Of a stretch of 64,000 nucleotides of DNA, positions 35,778-48,393 are shown in pieces (within the stretch, counting starts at the first letter, position 1; each line of letters starts with the position of its first letter). The stretch lies in assembly GCF_052425735.1 (NCBI RefSeq), contig NC_135761.1:12400001-12464000 (forward strand), given 5' to 3'. The notes beneath the pieces were generated by a model. The model searched no databases. It saw only the letters and a list, made by a program, of their open reading frames with translations, and had not been told where the DNA came from. A program made the position numbers and the translations under genes. Source of the DNA: Oculina patagonica. Lineage: Eukaryota.

Positions 35778-35822
35778 GCCATGCTGATGAGTCCTAAAAA
35801 GGATCAAACAGCTGTCCATGGC
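35778..35822 (+). ncRNA. Type I hammerhead ribozyme, copy 3 (GAAA box mutated, cleavage triplet intact)
   Basis: GCCATG-CTGATGA-GTCC(TAAAAA)GGAT-CAAAC-AGCT-GTC^CATGGC. Confidence 0.8.
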
Positions 35823-37914
35823 TGTCACTCCATGGGCAATAGGCTGTGTGCAAGCGTTCAGATCTTGGCTAGACCATGGAGATGTGTTGTGTGACCACTG
35901 CTTTCAGATGGTTTATTATGCAATATTTTTGTACTAAGTAATATGTAAAATAATGGACAGCCATAGAAGTTGGTTCTATATAGTGTCCCTATAACCAATA
36001 GTAAATTTATTAGGTTGTATTTCCAATATAAAAATTCTTAGAAACACTCACACTCTGGGTACCGACAAAGCATTGAATTAAAAAACTAGCCACCCCCATA
36101 TAACCTTTGCAAAAGGGAGCACAGAGAATGCAGTCTATAACTAACACAACCAGTACATATTTTAAGAACTCTTTATTTTTAAAGGCATCATTCTAAGGTG
36201 TAGTTCTTGAAAGTGGAGTATAGAAGGATTTAATATTAAGTTAATGCCAAGGAAAGTGTATTAGAAATGAATTTATATTATTGCTGGGGATGACACTAAA
36301 AATACATTTTTGTGGCACTTTTAGTATATTTACTAGTTCATCTATCAGTATAATCCCACTAATTACTGAGTATAAAGTTTCTAATTTTCCTGATCTAAAG
36401 TAATTTATCACCATAAAATAACAGAATAAAGCTGTTTAGAAATATCTACATGTCAGATTGAGATAGCTTGGAATAACCCTACTGCCTTTTAATTGTGCGA
36501 GGACAGTTTGATTCAGGTCCAATTATCAACCTTTGAAGTGCTAAAGTGATTAAATTGTTATGACAGACTAGCTAAATTGAACAGTAGTTCAAAACACATA
36601 ATCTAGTAGTATCCCTTTTCTAAAGTTGCAGAAATAAAAATAAACCTCTCCTTTCATTTTGTTATCTTAATGCACTGAACATTTAATCCTCATCACAATT
36701 ATGGCCTTAGGGTATCAATAGCCCAAAGTAAACAAGCATGTTTTGCACTCCACTTCTGGTCCCCAAGACCATACAGTGTTGTCTTCATTGACGACCAGAA
36801 GTGGAAGTTGCTGAAAAAAAAACATCAGTTAACTTTGGCTAGCAGAAGAAAATTATATTTTAGTGACTGTATTAATAATTTGCATTGCAATCTGTTAACA
36901 AGGCACATATACTTGAAATAAATACATCTCTATTCTATTTAATTCTTATTTTACATCTCCAGCATATAATATATTATACAAATTAAGATAATCACCTTCA
37001 AGATTTTCAGAAACTTGATAGATTCCATTTTTTCATAGGCATATATTTGCAGTATAAACTCTTTGCACCCAGGATATAAGAAATTCAGTTAAAAACTTGC
37101 ATTAATAATAGATTTAAAACATATAAAAGTAAAAATATCATATGTATAGTTTCTGATAAGAAAATATATTATTGTACATCCAAGGTAAATATATGATGTT
37201 TTCTGGATTGAACATCTAGTTGAGTTAAATTGAGAAGGCTGTAATAAAGCCAGAATATTATTTTACTTGATTGGCATGTTGATGATTGTTACCGGTACCA
37301 ACAACAGCATGACAATAAATTTGCTTATTCATTTGGAAGTGCACAGTTCCACACTGATCAGTGTCTTAATTATAATTATTCTCATTTACTTATGACTTGA
37401 ACAGATAAAAATATATTATACATCCACAATAACAATTAATTATAGTAAAAGTAAATCAGATACATTCATTTGAGGATTGAAATATTTCAACAACAAAAAT
37501 AATGGTATGATTAAGTATATTTTTGATAGTATGTGTTCTTCTCAAAACCATTATTGCTTACAGTGACAATGCAGAAATATTGTGACAAGTACAAGAGTCA
37601 CAAGAGAATAAAACTTTTTTTTGCAATTTCAATGTCTCAGAAGACAGAAGTACTATAGGGGGCAGGGAGAGTTAATTTCAAAGTTTCTGATATGGCAAAG
37701 AGGTAATCCAGCCATTGCGTTTGTAAGTTCAACAATACTGCAAAGAAGCCTGAAAAAAAAAATGGCTTCAACAGAATCCCACTGATGCCCTGCTTCTTTG
37801 CAATGTGGGTAAAACTGCAAACATATTGATCTTGCACGTATGGTGTTTGCACTCATACTTAGCAGTGAACATTTGCCACAACATTAACTGTGTATTGAAA
37901 AAAAGTGTTCTTAA

Positions 37915-38460
37915 AGTGCCACTATGATCAAATTTTCGATTTCCATTTTTTTACCTTTTTGTGTACAATAAGACTTTCCTACTCACCTTGCCAATTTTCA
38001 ATCCATTACGAACAGCAGAAGTCGTTTTATTTTAACGTTTATTTCTGATAATTTACAGCCGCCATTAGGCTTGGTTGCGAATAGGCAGAAAATGACATTA
38101 AAGGCTCCAAAATACCTCACGGGTTGAAATTATAATAACAATATGTATTGAAAATCACTCAAAAAAAAAAAAAAAAACTTTGGACTTGTTTTTCGTGCAA
38201 TTTTCTATGCTGATTGTTATTCTAATTTCAACCCGTGAGGTATTTTTGGGCTTTGACGTCATTTTCTCCCTATTCGCAACCAGACTTTGGAACAAGGCTG
38301 ATTAATGGCGGCCGTAAATTCTATGGAATAAATGTTATAATAAAACGACTTCTGATGTTTGTAATAGATTGAAATTTGGCATGGTGAGTAAGAAAGTCTA
38401 ATTGTTCACGAAAATGTAAAAAAAAAAAATGAAAATCAAAAATTTGATCATAGTAGCACT
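37915..38460. mobile_element. Foldback (long-TIR) TTAA-specific MITE downstream of the PSKH1 stop codon
   Basis: Arms of about 225-245 bp are near reverse complements (AGTGCCACTATGATCAAATTTT...AATACCTCACGGGTTGAAATTA versus TAATTTCAACCCGTGAGGTATT...AAAATTTGATCATAGTAGCACT). TTAA on both flanks. Confidence 0.85.
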
Positions 38461-38613
38461 TTAAAGTCCCAGTTGATAATTCTTGTTAGAATGGATTTAG
38501 GTATTGCTTAAAGTATGAAACAGTAACAATTACAATTTTGAAACACTGTACTCGAAATACTGATGAGATTCTCTCTACATAATTCAAATATCTAAAAATA
38601 TAATACAGTATCG

Positions 38614-41600
38614 CTAACTACTATCATAAGCACAATATACTTTGTTTTTCCTCGGTGAGGGAGACAGTGAATGGTGTCTGGGAGGAGAATCCCCAGTAAA
38701 AGAAGTTCTAACACCACTACCCTGATCTTGCCGTGCCTCTTGTATATGCTGCTGTTCTAAGAAGTTGTCCCTCATCACTGAACGCGAGAGTTGTAACCTT
38801 TCGTTGACAGCTGGGACTGGTATCCCTCTCGTTTTCTCTTCAATAGCTTCATGTGAAGCAGCACGTTGCACAGATTTGGAATCAACTGTTTTAATCTCAT
38901 AAGGATTTTGAATTTTCCTATTTGAGCCAATAGTAGGACTGCTGCTTGTTACAACATTTTCTGTCACCACCTGTTGTCTGTCGGTTTCACATTCTGCAGT
39001 AAGCCTTAGTATAGGTGGTTCGCATTCAGCGGAAGTGCTACTAAGAAGTTCTCTGTCATCTTCATTGATTACAGAGTGAAGTTTCTCAATCAATTGCTTT
39101 GTCAGTTTAACATTGGACTCCCTCACATTAGACGTTTTGTTTCCACCCTGTTTGCTTTCTTGAGCTTGCACACTTGTAAGAGCCGAGATCAAACTTGTGT
39201 CTTGAGGAAGGGTAGTACAATTTGCCCGTCGAGTAAGCGAAAGCACAGATCTGCCTGATTTTGCGGATTTGTTGGAATTTTGTGAAGTGTTTGATCTGGC
39301 ACTGTTTAGCCGTGAGGTGCTTTTAAGCCAGTTCTGACTGACTGACCTGTGAAGGTTTTTCATACTTGAGGAAGCAGCACTAGATGCAATCCAGGGGTCT
39401 CTCAGAGCCTGCTCTGCTGTCATGCGCTTCTCTGGATCTACCACAAGTAATCTGTCAATGAAGTGTCTCGCATGATCTGACACATCTTTCCATGCCTAAA
39501 AGGAAACAAGTTAAAACATATTCAATTACTTGAACCCCGTGAATTCCCAAAGTAAACATTGCTATCAAGTAGACTGGTGATAGAAAAAGAGCTCTTTGAG
39601 CCACAACTGAATTTTTTTATCCAAGTTTTGAACAAAGTATAGTTTTCATTCCTTGAAAATATATGACCAGCAGGTGATTCAAACATTTCTTTGATGCACA
39701 TGATTACAGATAAACTGCAGAATGTCTATTACACTGATATAAGACATTTTAGTCTCATGTGACTTAGTATGTCTGAGTAGCACACACTGAGTAGCATCTA
39801 AGTGGGATGCAGGAGGTAGTGGGTTCGAATCCCAGGAGACAAATTTTTTCTTTTTTTTTTTAACCCGTAGCACTAAAATGGTTTGTTTATTATATCGCTC
39901 TGTAGATATGCATTGCAGAATAATTTACATGTTAGCCGTAAATAAATTTATCAGAACATATAGACTGATTCAGGTACAAATGTACTTGTGCTGTTTCAAC
40001 TGAAAAGCTTTTCCTTTTCTTGCAAACAAGCAGCCACGCACTTGATTTTAGCCAACGCTCTGGTTTCTAGATAGATCCATCGTTAATGAAGCTTATGTGA
40101 AACCCGATTTAATTTTCGAATGCTCCTCCATGTAGGACACTAGCTCGAAAGATAGACACGAAAGTCATCGATCGATTAATGCTGATTAATCGCTCTCAAT
40201 GTTCACTTTTTTGGAGGTCGATTACTTAATTCTACATGTAATTGTCGGCCATATTTTGTTTCTTTGCTTCTGGTTTTTCTTGTAAACCCCTTTAAATTTT
40301 AAAGACTGCCTTTATATAGCCGCTTTTATATGGCCGCCTTGCTACACTATTTCTACAAGTATATCTGCTGGTCAGCGGAGTTGCAATGAGAAGTTTACAG
40401 ATGATGGACCAACCGACCAACCATGGCTACCCACTATACTCCTGAATAAATTCAGTCGTAAAAAGAGGACCTCATAAACTAAAAGAGAGAGACTTAAATG
40501 AACACAAATTGGAGGGAAACTTACTCTAAAAAAAGAAAATTAACACGAAAGAGGTAAATTTTTAAAATGAAGGAAATTTTTAAACACAAGGAAGCGCAGT
40601 TTGTGGCAACAAATTTTATTTCAACATTGAATGTTTTTGGCAAATCATTGTCAGATGTTGAACTGCCCTTCTGAAAACAGGCATGAACTGAAAATATCAT
40701 AAACAATATACCCGTAAACTATGTCTGGACGGGATCCTGAATTTGGGGTAGTATTAACGGAAATTAAGGTCAGGGAAATAAACATTTCACTTAGTTTATG
40801 TCGACAAAAATTTACGCTGCTTAAATTAACATGAATTTTATAATAATATTTTTTTACAATTTAAGGTATTCAGAACTTGAAAAAGGCCCATCCAGTTGTC
40901 CAGGGCAACTGGATTTTCTACCAGGCAATTAACATTCATGCTCATTTGCCTGATGGGCAAGGGCCCAGGCAAGATGTCTGCTGTCTCTATCATATAAGAA
41001 TAAAAACAAAGTAAACTAAGCATGCAACTGCCCCAGGCCAGTTCAAATTCCTGTAGGTGATCACTGACCACGAAAATCCAAAGTATCTGAACAGGAGAAA
41101 ACACAGAAGTTTACAGTCATCATGCTAATGATACGCAAAACAGAGTATATCACAACAACAGGAAAACTCATTGAGTCTCACTTACGAGATGAAGCGGCCG
41201 CCGTACAGTTAATCAAACTACTTTCCTTCACCCAGGATGAACAGATGGAACTTACGGAACCAATCAGATCGTCAAACTGATTTACCACCAATGCAGGATA
41301 ATATCATGCAGGAAAATATTCCAAGTCTGACTAACAAAACGACATCCCGTACAGACTGTGGGATCATATAGATCACTACACATCTTCGAAGGCATGTATC
41401 GGTATGTGTTTAATGGACACTCATAGCTGTCGCACTGCTCAGTCCGGAATGTTTCAATTTGATATTTCAGAGAGCTAATTGGTTAATGTTATAACTGGAT
41501 TGAATTTTTATAGTATATACTGCACTGCTATGAGTATTTGCCTGCTGTGGTTATAGCTGCGATCATAGCATGACCTGGTGGTTACCTCAAATTAATCTCC

Positions 41601-44600
41601 GACATTCCTATTGTGGTTGGGAGCCAAACCGCAAAGAAATTCTAAGGATGTGTTGTTTAACGTACACAGTCGCTCTGAAGTGTTTTGATGTATAGCCCAT
41701 GTAATCACTTAAATTAATGAAATTGTTAACACTTATCATTAATGAAATTTTTAACACTTGTTGACACTTAATCATTTTACAACACTATTTACCACACTAC
41801 TTATAACATTTAACACATGAAGGATCATCACAGTTATGTTTGCAACTTAAGGCAGCCGAGGAAAGAAAGTGTGAAAAAAAAATGGAGCTTGAACAGGGTT
41901 TCGAACTCATGACCCCTGTGGTACCGGCGCAGTGCTCGTTTTGTTGCTTACATGAAGCAGTGGCTGCGAACAATAGTTTTGTCAACGCAATTGTCTCGAT
42001 ACTGCTCATGCTAAACAAGGTGTTGACATCACCTATTAGAATGACAAGACATGGTAATGATATGCCATAGAAGCAATTAAATTGATCAAACTGCAGCCTT
42101 GGCAGTGACCTACAGCTTTGTCGATGTAATTGCCTCCATCTATATGAGAACTAGACACTTATAATTATCACTGAAAAATCAAACCATTACCTTGGCAGAG
42201 GTCAAGGCAAAATTTCACAAATGCTTGACTTTCTAGAGTTTTCTCTTTTTTACTTCTTTTTATACTTCTACTAATAATACAATACTACTTCTAATAACAA
42301 CCCATGTCATTAAAACCTTTTCATTTATAATTTATCTTCTCTATCGATTGGATTGACAATCATATAAGCCACACTTTGTTACCACAAAAAAACAACTTTA
42401 CATTGCAAATTATGACTTTCCAGAAAATTCCTTGGAAGTTTCAATTGACATAAAACCTAATATGTGCCTTCTGTCTGCCATACATGTAACTAAGGCCAAA
42501 CTTTATTATATAATCATTCGTCCTTGAGAGGAATGTTTGAGCTGTTTTGACTGTAAGCAACACATGGAACCAATGACAGATGTAAGCTTATTTCAATTGC
42601 ATTCCAAAGCAGAATTTTATGCTCAAAGAAATTAACACTTCGGTTCTAGAAAGATATCAAAATAGGTTTAACAATGACCCCTTTCAACCAATGAAGGCTT
42701 AAGATTGAGACAGTCAAAGTCTGTTCTCTTAAAATTTCAGCAATGTCAACTCCTCAGGCTACTGCTACTGCATGTTAACACTTACAAATAAACCTTATAG
42801 TGAACCAATATTACATCTTGTTATATACAAAGGTCTTCAGGGCTGGCTACTTCTGATAAAATTGAGGTCAATGATGACTGCTGCTGATCTTACAATGATG
42901 CAGGTGACTGGAACATCTCCACAATGAAAACAGCATTATTGATGCTCAGACTGTCTCCTGCCTAAACTTTCAAACCTTGTTAGGTTGCGATTTTGGAAAA
43001 TTTGCATGTTGCTGTCAGAATTTTGTCCAAGGTCATCAATGTCTAGACTGCTTGGTAATCTACATCTTAAATATCAAACATTGCTTATTAAGAACATTTG
43101 CCAGTTTAGGGCGGTGGTGTTCCCTTAAATATTGTACCCAGTATCTTCTTAACACAATGCTTCTGTAAGAGGGTTACAATGCATGCATGCATGTGAATAC
43201 ATTTTTGTAAACTGCACCATTTCAACTATTTTGGATGTGACATTCTCAAACTCATTAATAATTTATCAAAAAAAGAAAATCGTTTCTCCATTTACTCTAG
43301 TTTTAGTTTTGATTAACATGTATCCAAACTTGAGACAGTGTTTTATAGCATTTCCAAACACCTCGAAGTTCAGTTCGTCAAAAATGCTCAGCTGCTGCAC
43401 ATCGTGTTTTCAACACTATTCTGGGTGTTTGGAAATGTTGTACGTGAGACACTAGTACTGTCTCTTGTATTTGATATATTACGTAACTTGCTAATCAACT
43501 GAAATAACATTTGTTTCTTTTGTTGCCCTTAACATTGTTTTTTGTTGGAATTTACACTAATGGAGCCTCAAATGTGAGTAAAAATGTTCAATATGAAAGT
43601 GATGAATTGAGTTACAAAATAGTTGATGTGTAGAAATTAGCAAGTGACAAAAAATGATGCCTGTAAATGCACCAAAAGTACCCTCTAAAGTTATTTTATT
43701 GTTGTCACCACCTTATAGAGCGGTTTTCAATTGAGTGTCGAAAGTAAATTGCGTTTGCTTTAATGGTTTTGCATTACTACGCTTAGTGATTGGCTTAAAA
43801 ATCTCGCGCCACTTTCTCAGCCAATTAGAAGTAAAACCAAAACCAATCGTGACTAGCTCGAGTACGTTTTCCCGCGCTTCATGCCAGCTACGTGTATTTG
43901 CTTCAAGTTTTGATTGGTTCACTGGATTGTCTGTGTCCATTGTTATTGGCCAAAGTAATTACTTCGGTTTTGGTTTTACGACACTCGATTGAAAACTGGT
44001 CTATATTGTAGGGCAAAACCTTGATCACGAACCAGTATCAAGCACACAATGTTTGAGGAAAGGGACGCAAACCAAAAAAACAGTGGAATTCCGACTTCTC
44101 AAACACCTGATTTTTCAGTTTTCCAATAACTTGAACCAAAGTCTTTTCCCTTCCTTCAGTCAAATGATGTAACTTTTAACCCCAATTTCTTGACCTACCA
44201 GATTTTTCAAACTAATTTTTGTTTACTTTGGAGGTTCAAAAATTCCGGATTCCACTGTAGTCGGTTAACTAACTTTTTATGAGCTTTTGGCTAGAATTCA
44301 AGGTAAACATGGCTTTTGCTTTAGCTCAAATAGATATCAGAGCCCCCTTAAAAAACAAAGGTACTATTCAACTAAAATACATAGCCTCCGTTAGGGGCAT
44401 TGAATGGTAATATGTGAGACTTCGTAAGACAGCGTGACTGAAGTCTTTCTTGTGAGGCTGAAACTTTCATAGCTTTTCAGAAACATTGAGACTCTGAGGT
44501 GTCTCAGAAAAATTCGACATGACCGCTGAAATTCAGAGCTAAAATTCTGCGAGACATGCATTTTTGAAGAACCATTTTCAACCCTTCCTCTGTCATACAC

Positions 44601-47600
44601 TGAGAACTTTCCAAAAGCACATTTTAAAACACCAGATTACACCATGAACAACAAAATGCTACAGACATGTCCTAACACACTGTGACTGACACACCCACCT
44701 AACAGCAAAACACACTATTGCCTGTGAAAGTGGAAAAACTCATATTTTGATTTAAAGATTGGGCATGGATCATCACAATATGATAAGATTGTAATGTTTT
44801 ATTAAGTAGCTAGCTGGCATGTAGCTGTGTTCTTGTTGGTCTCTACTACTGTTGAAAATTTCCACTATATTGATAAACTAAGTAAAGGAAGGGATGGGTG
44901 TCACATACTTATCCTAAATCAATAAGCACTTGGCTGATCTATTTATTACCACACTCATACACCCGATCGAGGAAAGATAAAAGATGTTTTAAATTTTTGT
45001 ACTTGCTATTAAGTCAAAAATTAGCACTTACTGGATTTCCAGTCTACTGGCTAAAATAAAATAAATTATTAACAAAATATTTGCAAACAGGCAACCACCC
45101 TAGATCTGTCCCTGTGTCAAATATTTCAAGACAGTGCAGGCAAACTTGCCTTTAAAATGAGCGTGTCTGGCAATGTTCCTGTTGCAGCAAGTACTTGTTG
45201 CATGAAGTAGAATCAAGTCCTTACTACTTTTTGTAGTGTTTGTGGAAATGCTGCAATAAAGTTCATGTGGGTTGCTTAAGGCTTTTGTGTACGTAACTTG
45301 TCTTATAGTAGCACAACAAAACTGCGAGACAAGTTGAATGAAAACAACGCCCTAGTTTGTTTCATTTCGTTCCATGGGTTTGACTGCATACATTTAAACT
45401 ACTGTAAAATGATTATGGACCTTTCGTGATAACCATGGAACATTGTCTAGTACTTTTGAGGTGCAAAGGAAATTATCTTAAATATCCTTGTGTCTGAACA
45501 TTGGACGGCAATATATAGTTGATGGGGAGCATCCTTCTCGTATGGCATTTTTGAACAGTGGACACGCAAATGTCTCTGTCTTGGCAAGACCAATTTATAC
45601 AAGATTTGGCTGCTTTGCAAGAAACTGAGGTATAGTTGGGGCCTAAGTCTTGAGCTCAGGGCACTTCTTGTGTTAGAGCTTGGCAAACTCAAGCAGCATC
45701 TCAGAAGTCAGATAAATCTACAGTCTTCTCTTTATCGTCAACATCTTGGCCAAAATCATCATTTTTTGCAGACGATTGTTCAAAACTGTATTTACTTTCT
45801 ATAGCTTCTTATTAATCACTTTTCAACAGCAAACGTGCCAGTTGGATTCCTAGAAATACCCTTCATACAAAGCCAAAATTAATAAGAACTTCGGAAAAGC
45901 TACATTGCTGTGCTATTGATTTCCAGAAGACAATAGCTTTTGTCACTAAATATAGGTTTTGGTTTTCAGCCAATTTAAATTATATTCAGTGGCATACACC
46001 AGTGGGCACATAACTGTCTTTGTCAATTTACTTGATCGTTTTCAAGTGCTTATAGAGTTGAAATTGCTGTGAAGTGTTATGCAACCAAAAAAAATTTTCC
46101 ATACAAACTACAAGAAAGTTGTGCCCCCATCTTAAGACTGAAAACATTTCGTACATGAAGTTATTGATCTTAATACGATTTAACATTAACAAAGAGAGGT
46201 TACACTGCCTTCTGCCAAAATACCGGATCAGGTTGAGGGAAATCCTGTCAATTCGATCTAAGCATAATAGCAGGGATCAGGAAAAAACCCCTGCCCAGAA
46301 TATACAAGTTTTCACAACTGGACTGAGAAATATGCCTAAAAATAACAACAAATCGTTACAAATAGCTGAAATGTAAACAATGCGCCGTATTCAAGCGAAT
46401 GTTTCTACGATGACAGTGGACCGCAACTGGGCGCTAGGTTCACCGCAAAATGTACGGAATGTTTGTAGATAGCTAAAGGCCCACCCGAAAAACGCGATCG
46501 CTGCGACCTTGACGGCACAGCAAAGAACTGCTTTCAAGGTCTTCGCACAACAGGTGGAAATCGCTAAAGGCTATAGTAGCGGCGATGGATTTCTTATCTG
46601 AGGTCGGCAGCGAAAGGCAATAACATAAATGAACACAGGAAATATGTCAAGCTGCTTTCGTTACGACATCTGACCACATTTCCTACACGAAAGAAGTCAC
46701 GGGGGTTAACTCTTTCCGCTATGCCGACTGTATCTTGTTATTACTATAAGAAAACCGTTGATCCCTTTCCTGGCTAAAAAGAAACAATAATCGTTATGTC
46801 GAACAAATCGCGCGTATCCAAGAAACAAGAAAATCGAATGTTCCAGACCGCAATCACCAAAACAGTGGTTGTTCGCACTTGGCGCGTAGACAATAGCTTC
46901 GCTCCCCTTGAGTTGTGATACACAAAATTGCACAAAACAAAGTTTAGAAGATAATTTGGTTTCTTCAATAAAACAATTATGCGTTGAAAGTGATTCTGTT
47001 CAACTGAGGTTAATTATAGAGGTCACAGTCCTACAGTTCACGGCAAACGATTTGCATTGTGTAATTACAACGAAGATAATAACAAACATTGTAGCAGTTG
47101 ACGCACGAACGCGGCAAGTTCGTACGAAATCACTTACTACATTATCCCAGCTTTTAATTAAATAACCAAGGCAACATTCGTTCGTTATTCGTTAAACACG
47201 AATTCTGCCCGTGTTCAGGTACTGCCTTCAATATCTCAACAGGAAAATCTTGTCAAAATTTATGACACAAAAGATCTGTGAAAACTTGCCAGCGAAAAGT
47301 GATCGTCAACCGATACCCTTCACATACTATAAATTCACTGGAACGCACGTAACAACAATAAACGTTCTCACGGTTCTATTCTAGGCCTTCCATAAAGAAA
47401 ACGAAGTAGTTAACAGCGAAAACAATTAAGCTGATTACCATAAAGCATCAGGCGAAATCAAGGACGAGTGAAATCGCTAAGGTCGAATAAACAACGACAA
47501 CACGCGCCCATGTAAACCAGCTTACTTACCTCTCCATTGTAAGAGTACTTCGCCTTCAAAATCGCTTTGTACATTCTCGTTCGATTCTCGTCCAAAAAGG

Positions 47601-48393
47601 GCATCTCTCCGCTAAGAAGAATGTGCGTGATTACTCCGATAGCCCACATGTCCACCGCATTTGTGTACGATTGTCTCTTGAGAATTTCTGGCGCAATGTA
47701 CTCCGGGGTTCCGCAAGTTGTGTCCATTGTCTCGCTGTCCGAGTTTTGCCGGGTGTTCGATAGACCGAAGTCGGTGATCATGATTTTGGAATCGTTTCCA
47801 GGGTGATAGTACAATAAATTTTCTGGCTTCAGATCTCGGTGAGTTATTCCAAGCGAGTGAAGATATCGAACCCCATCTAAAACCATGTACATGACTCGAG
47901 TGGCATCGCGCTCGGTGAACGATCCTCTGCAAACGATTCGATCGAACAGTTCACCGCCCGTTGCGAGTTCCATGACCAGATAAACTCTTTCTGGACATTC
48001 ATACACTTCGTAGAGTTGAACAATGTATTCGTGCTTCACCTTCCTCAACACAGCAACTTCGGACTCAAACACGTCTTTGCCCCCTCGAACCTTTATCATC
48101 TTAATCGCGTACGGTTGTTTTGTTTTCTTGTGTTCAACACGGACAACTCGACTGAATGATCCTCTTCCTATTAGAGCTTTGATCTCGTACTTCTCTGTCA
48201 CAACGGGATCAAAGCTGAGTTTTCCTTCAAACACACGACCCTTCTTTGGCTTCTTCTCCGAGTTCTTCCCCATTTCATTGTTCACAGTTTCTTTTACAGG
48301 CCACACTTCACGTGCCCCTTTCCCTTCATCAGGCAACTTACTCGATTTTACGCAATCTTCATCGGCAAGTTTCTTGCTGTGGTTGCAACCCAT
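38614..48393 (-). CDS. PSKH1: Serine/threonine-protein kinase H1-like (CAMK group), 581 aa, 2 coding exons
   Basis: Exon 1 47530-48393 (MGCNHSK acylation motif; FDPVVTEKYEIKALIGRGSFSRVVRVEH, YAIK, ELATGGELFDRI, GITHRDLKPENLLYYHPGNDSKIMITDFGL, TTCGTPEYIAPE) ends GAG|GTAAGT. Exon 2 38614-39495 begins TTTTAG|GCATGG (AWKDVSDHARHFIDRLL...AASSSMKNLHRSVSQN); these motifs are characteristic of PSKH. Confidence 0.93.
43716..44003. mobile_element. MITE-like dispersed repeat
   Basis: TIR TAGAGCGGTTTTCAATTGAGTGTCG / CGACACTCGATTGAAAACTGGTCTA. A partial related copy lies at about 27415-27522. Confidence 0.7.

Larger units (their letters stand above)
34895..35918 (+). mobile_element. Hammerhead-ribozyme tandem retroelement (non-LTR retrozyme / non-autonomous Penelope-like)
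   Basis: Three hammerhead motifs spaced 336 and 343 nt apart in tandem non-coding units. The inverted 5' segment 34895-34990 is complementary to the 3' end. TSD TGCAATATTTTT at 34883-94 and 35919-30. Confidence 0.85.

Noticed and set aside
35040-35918. Possible CRISPR-like repeat-spacer array
   Set aside because: Sequences between the conserved motifs are homologous to each other and ~300 nt long, with no cas genes and a eukaryotic context.
39785-39840. tRNA-like sequences (also near 34045-34115, 41885-41935, 56396-56455)
   Set aside because: They have B-box-like motifs but no complete cloverleaf; more likely decayed SINE heads than tRNA genes.
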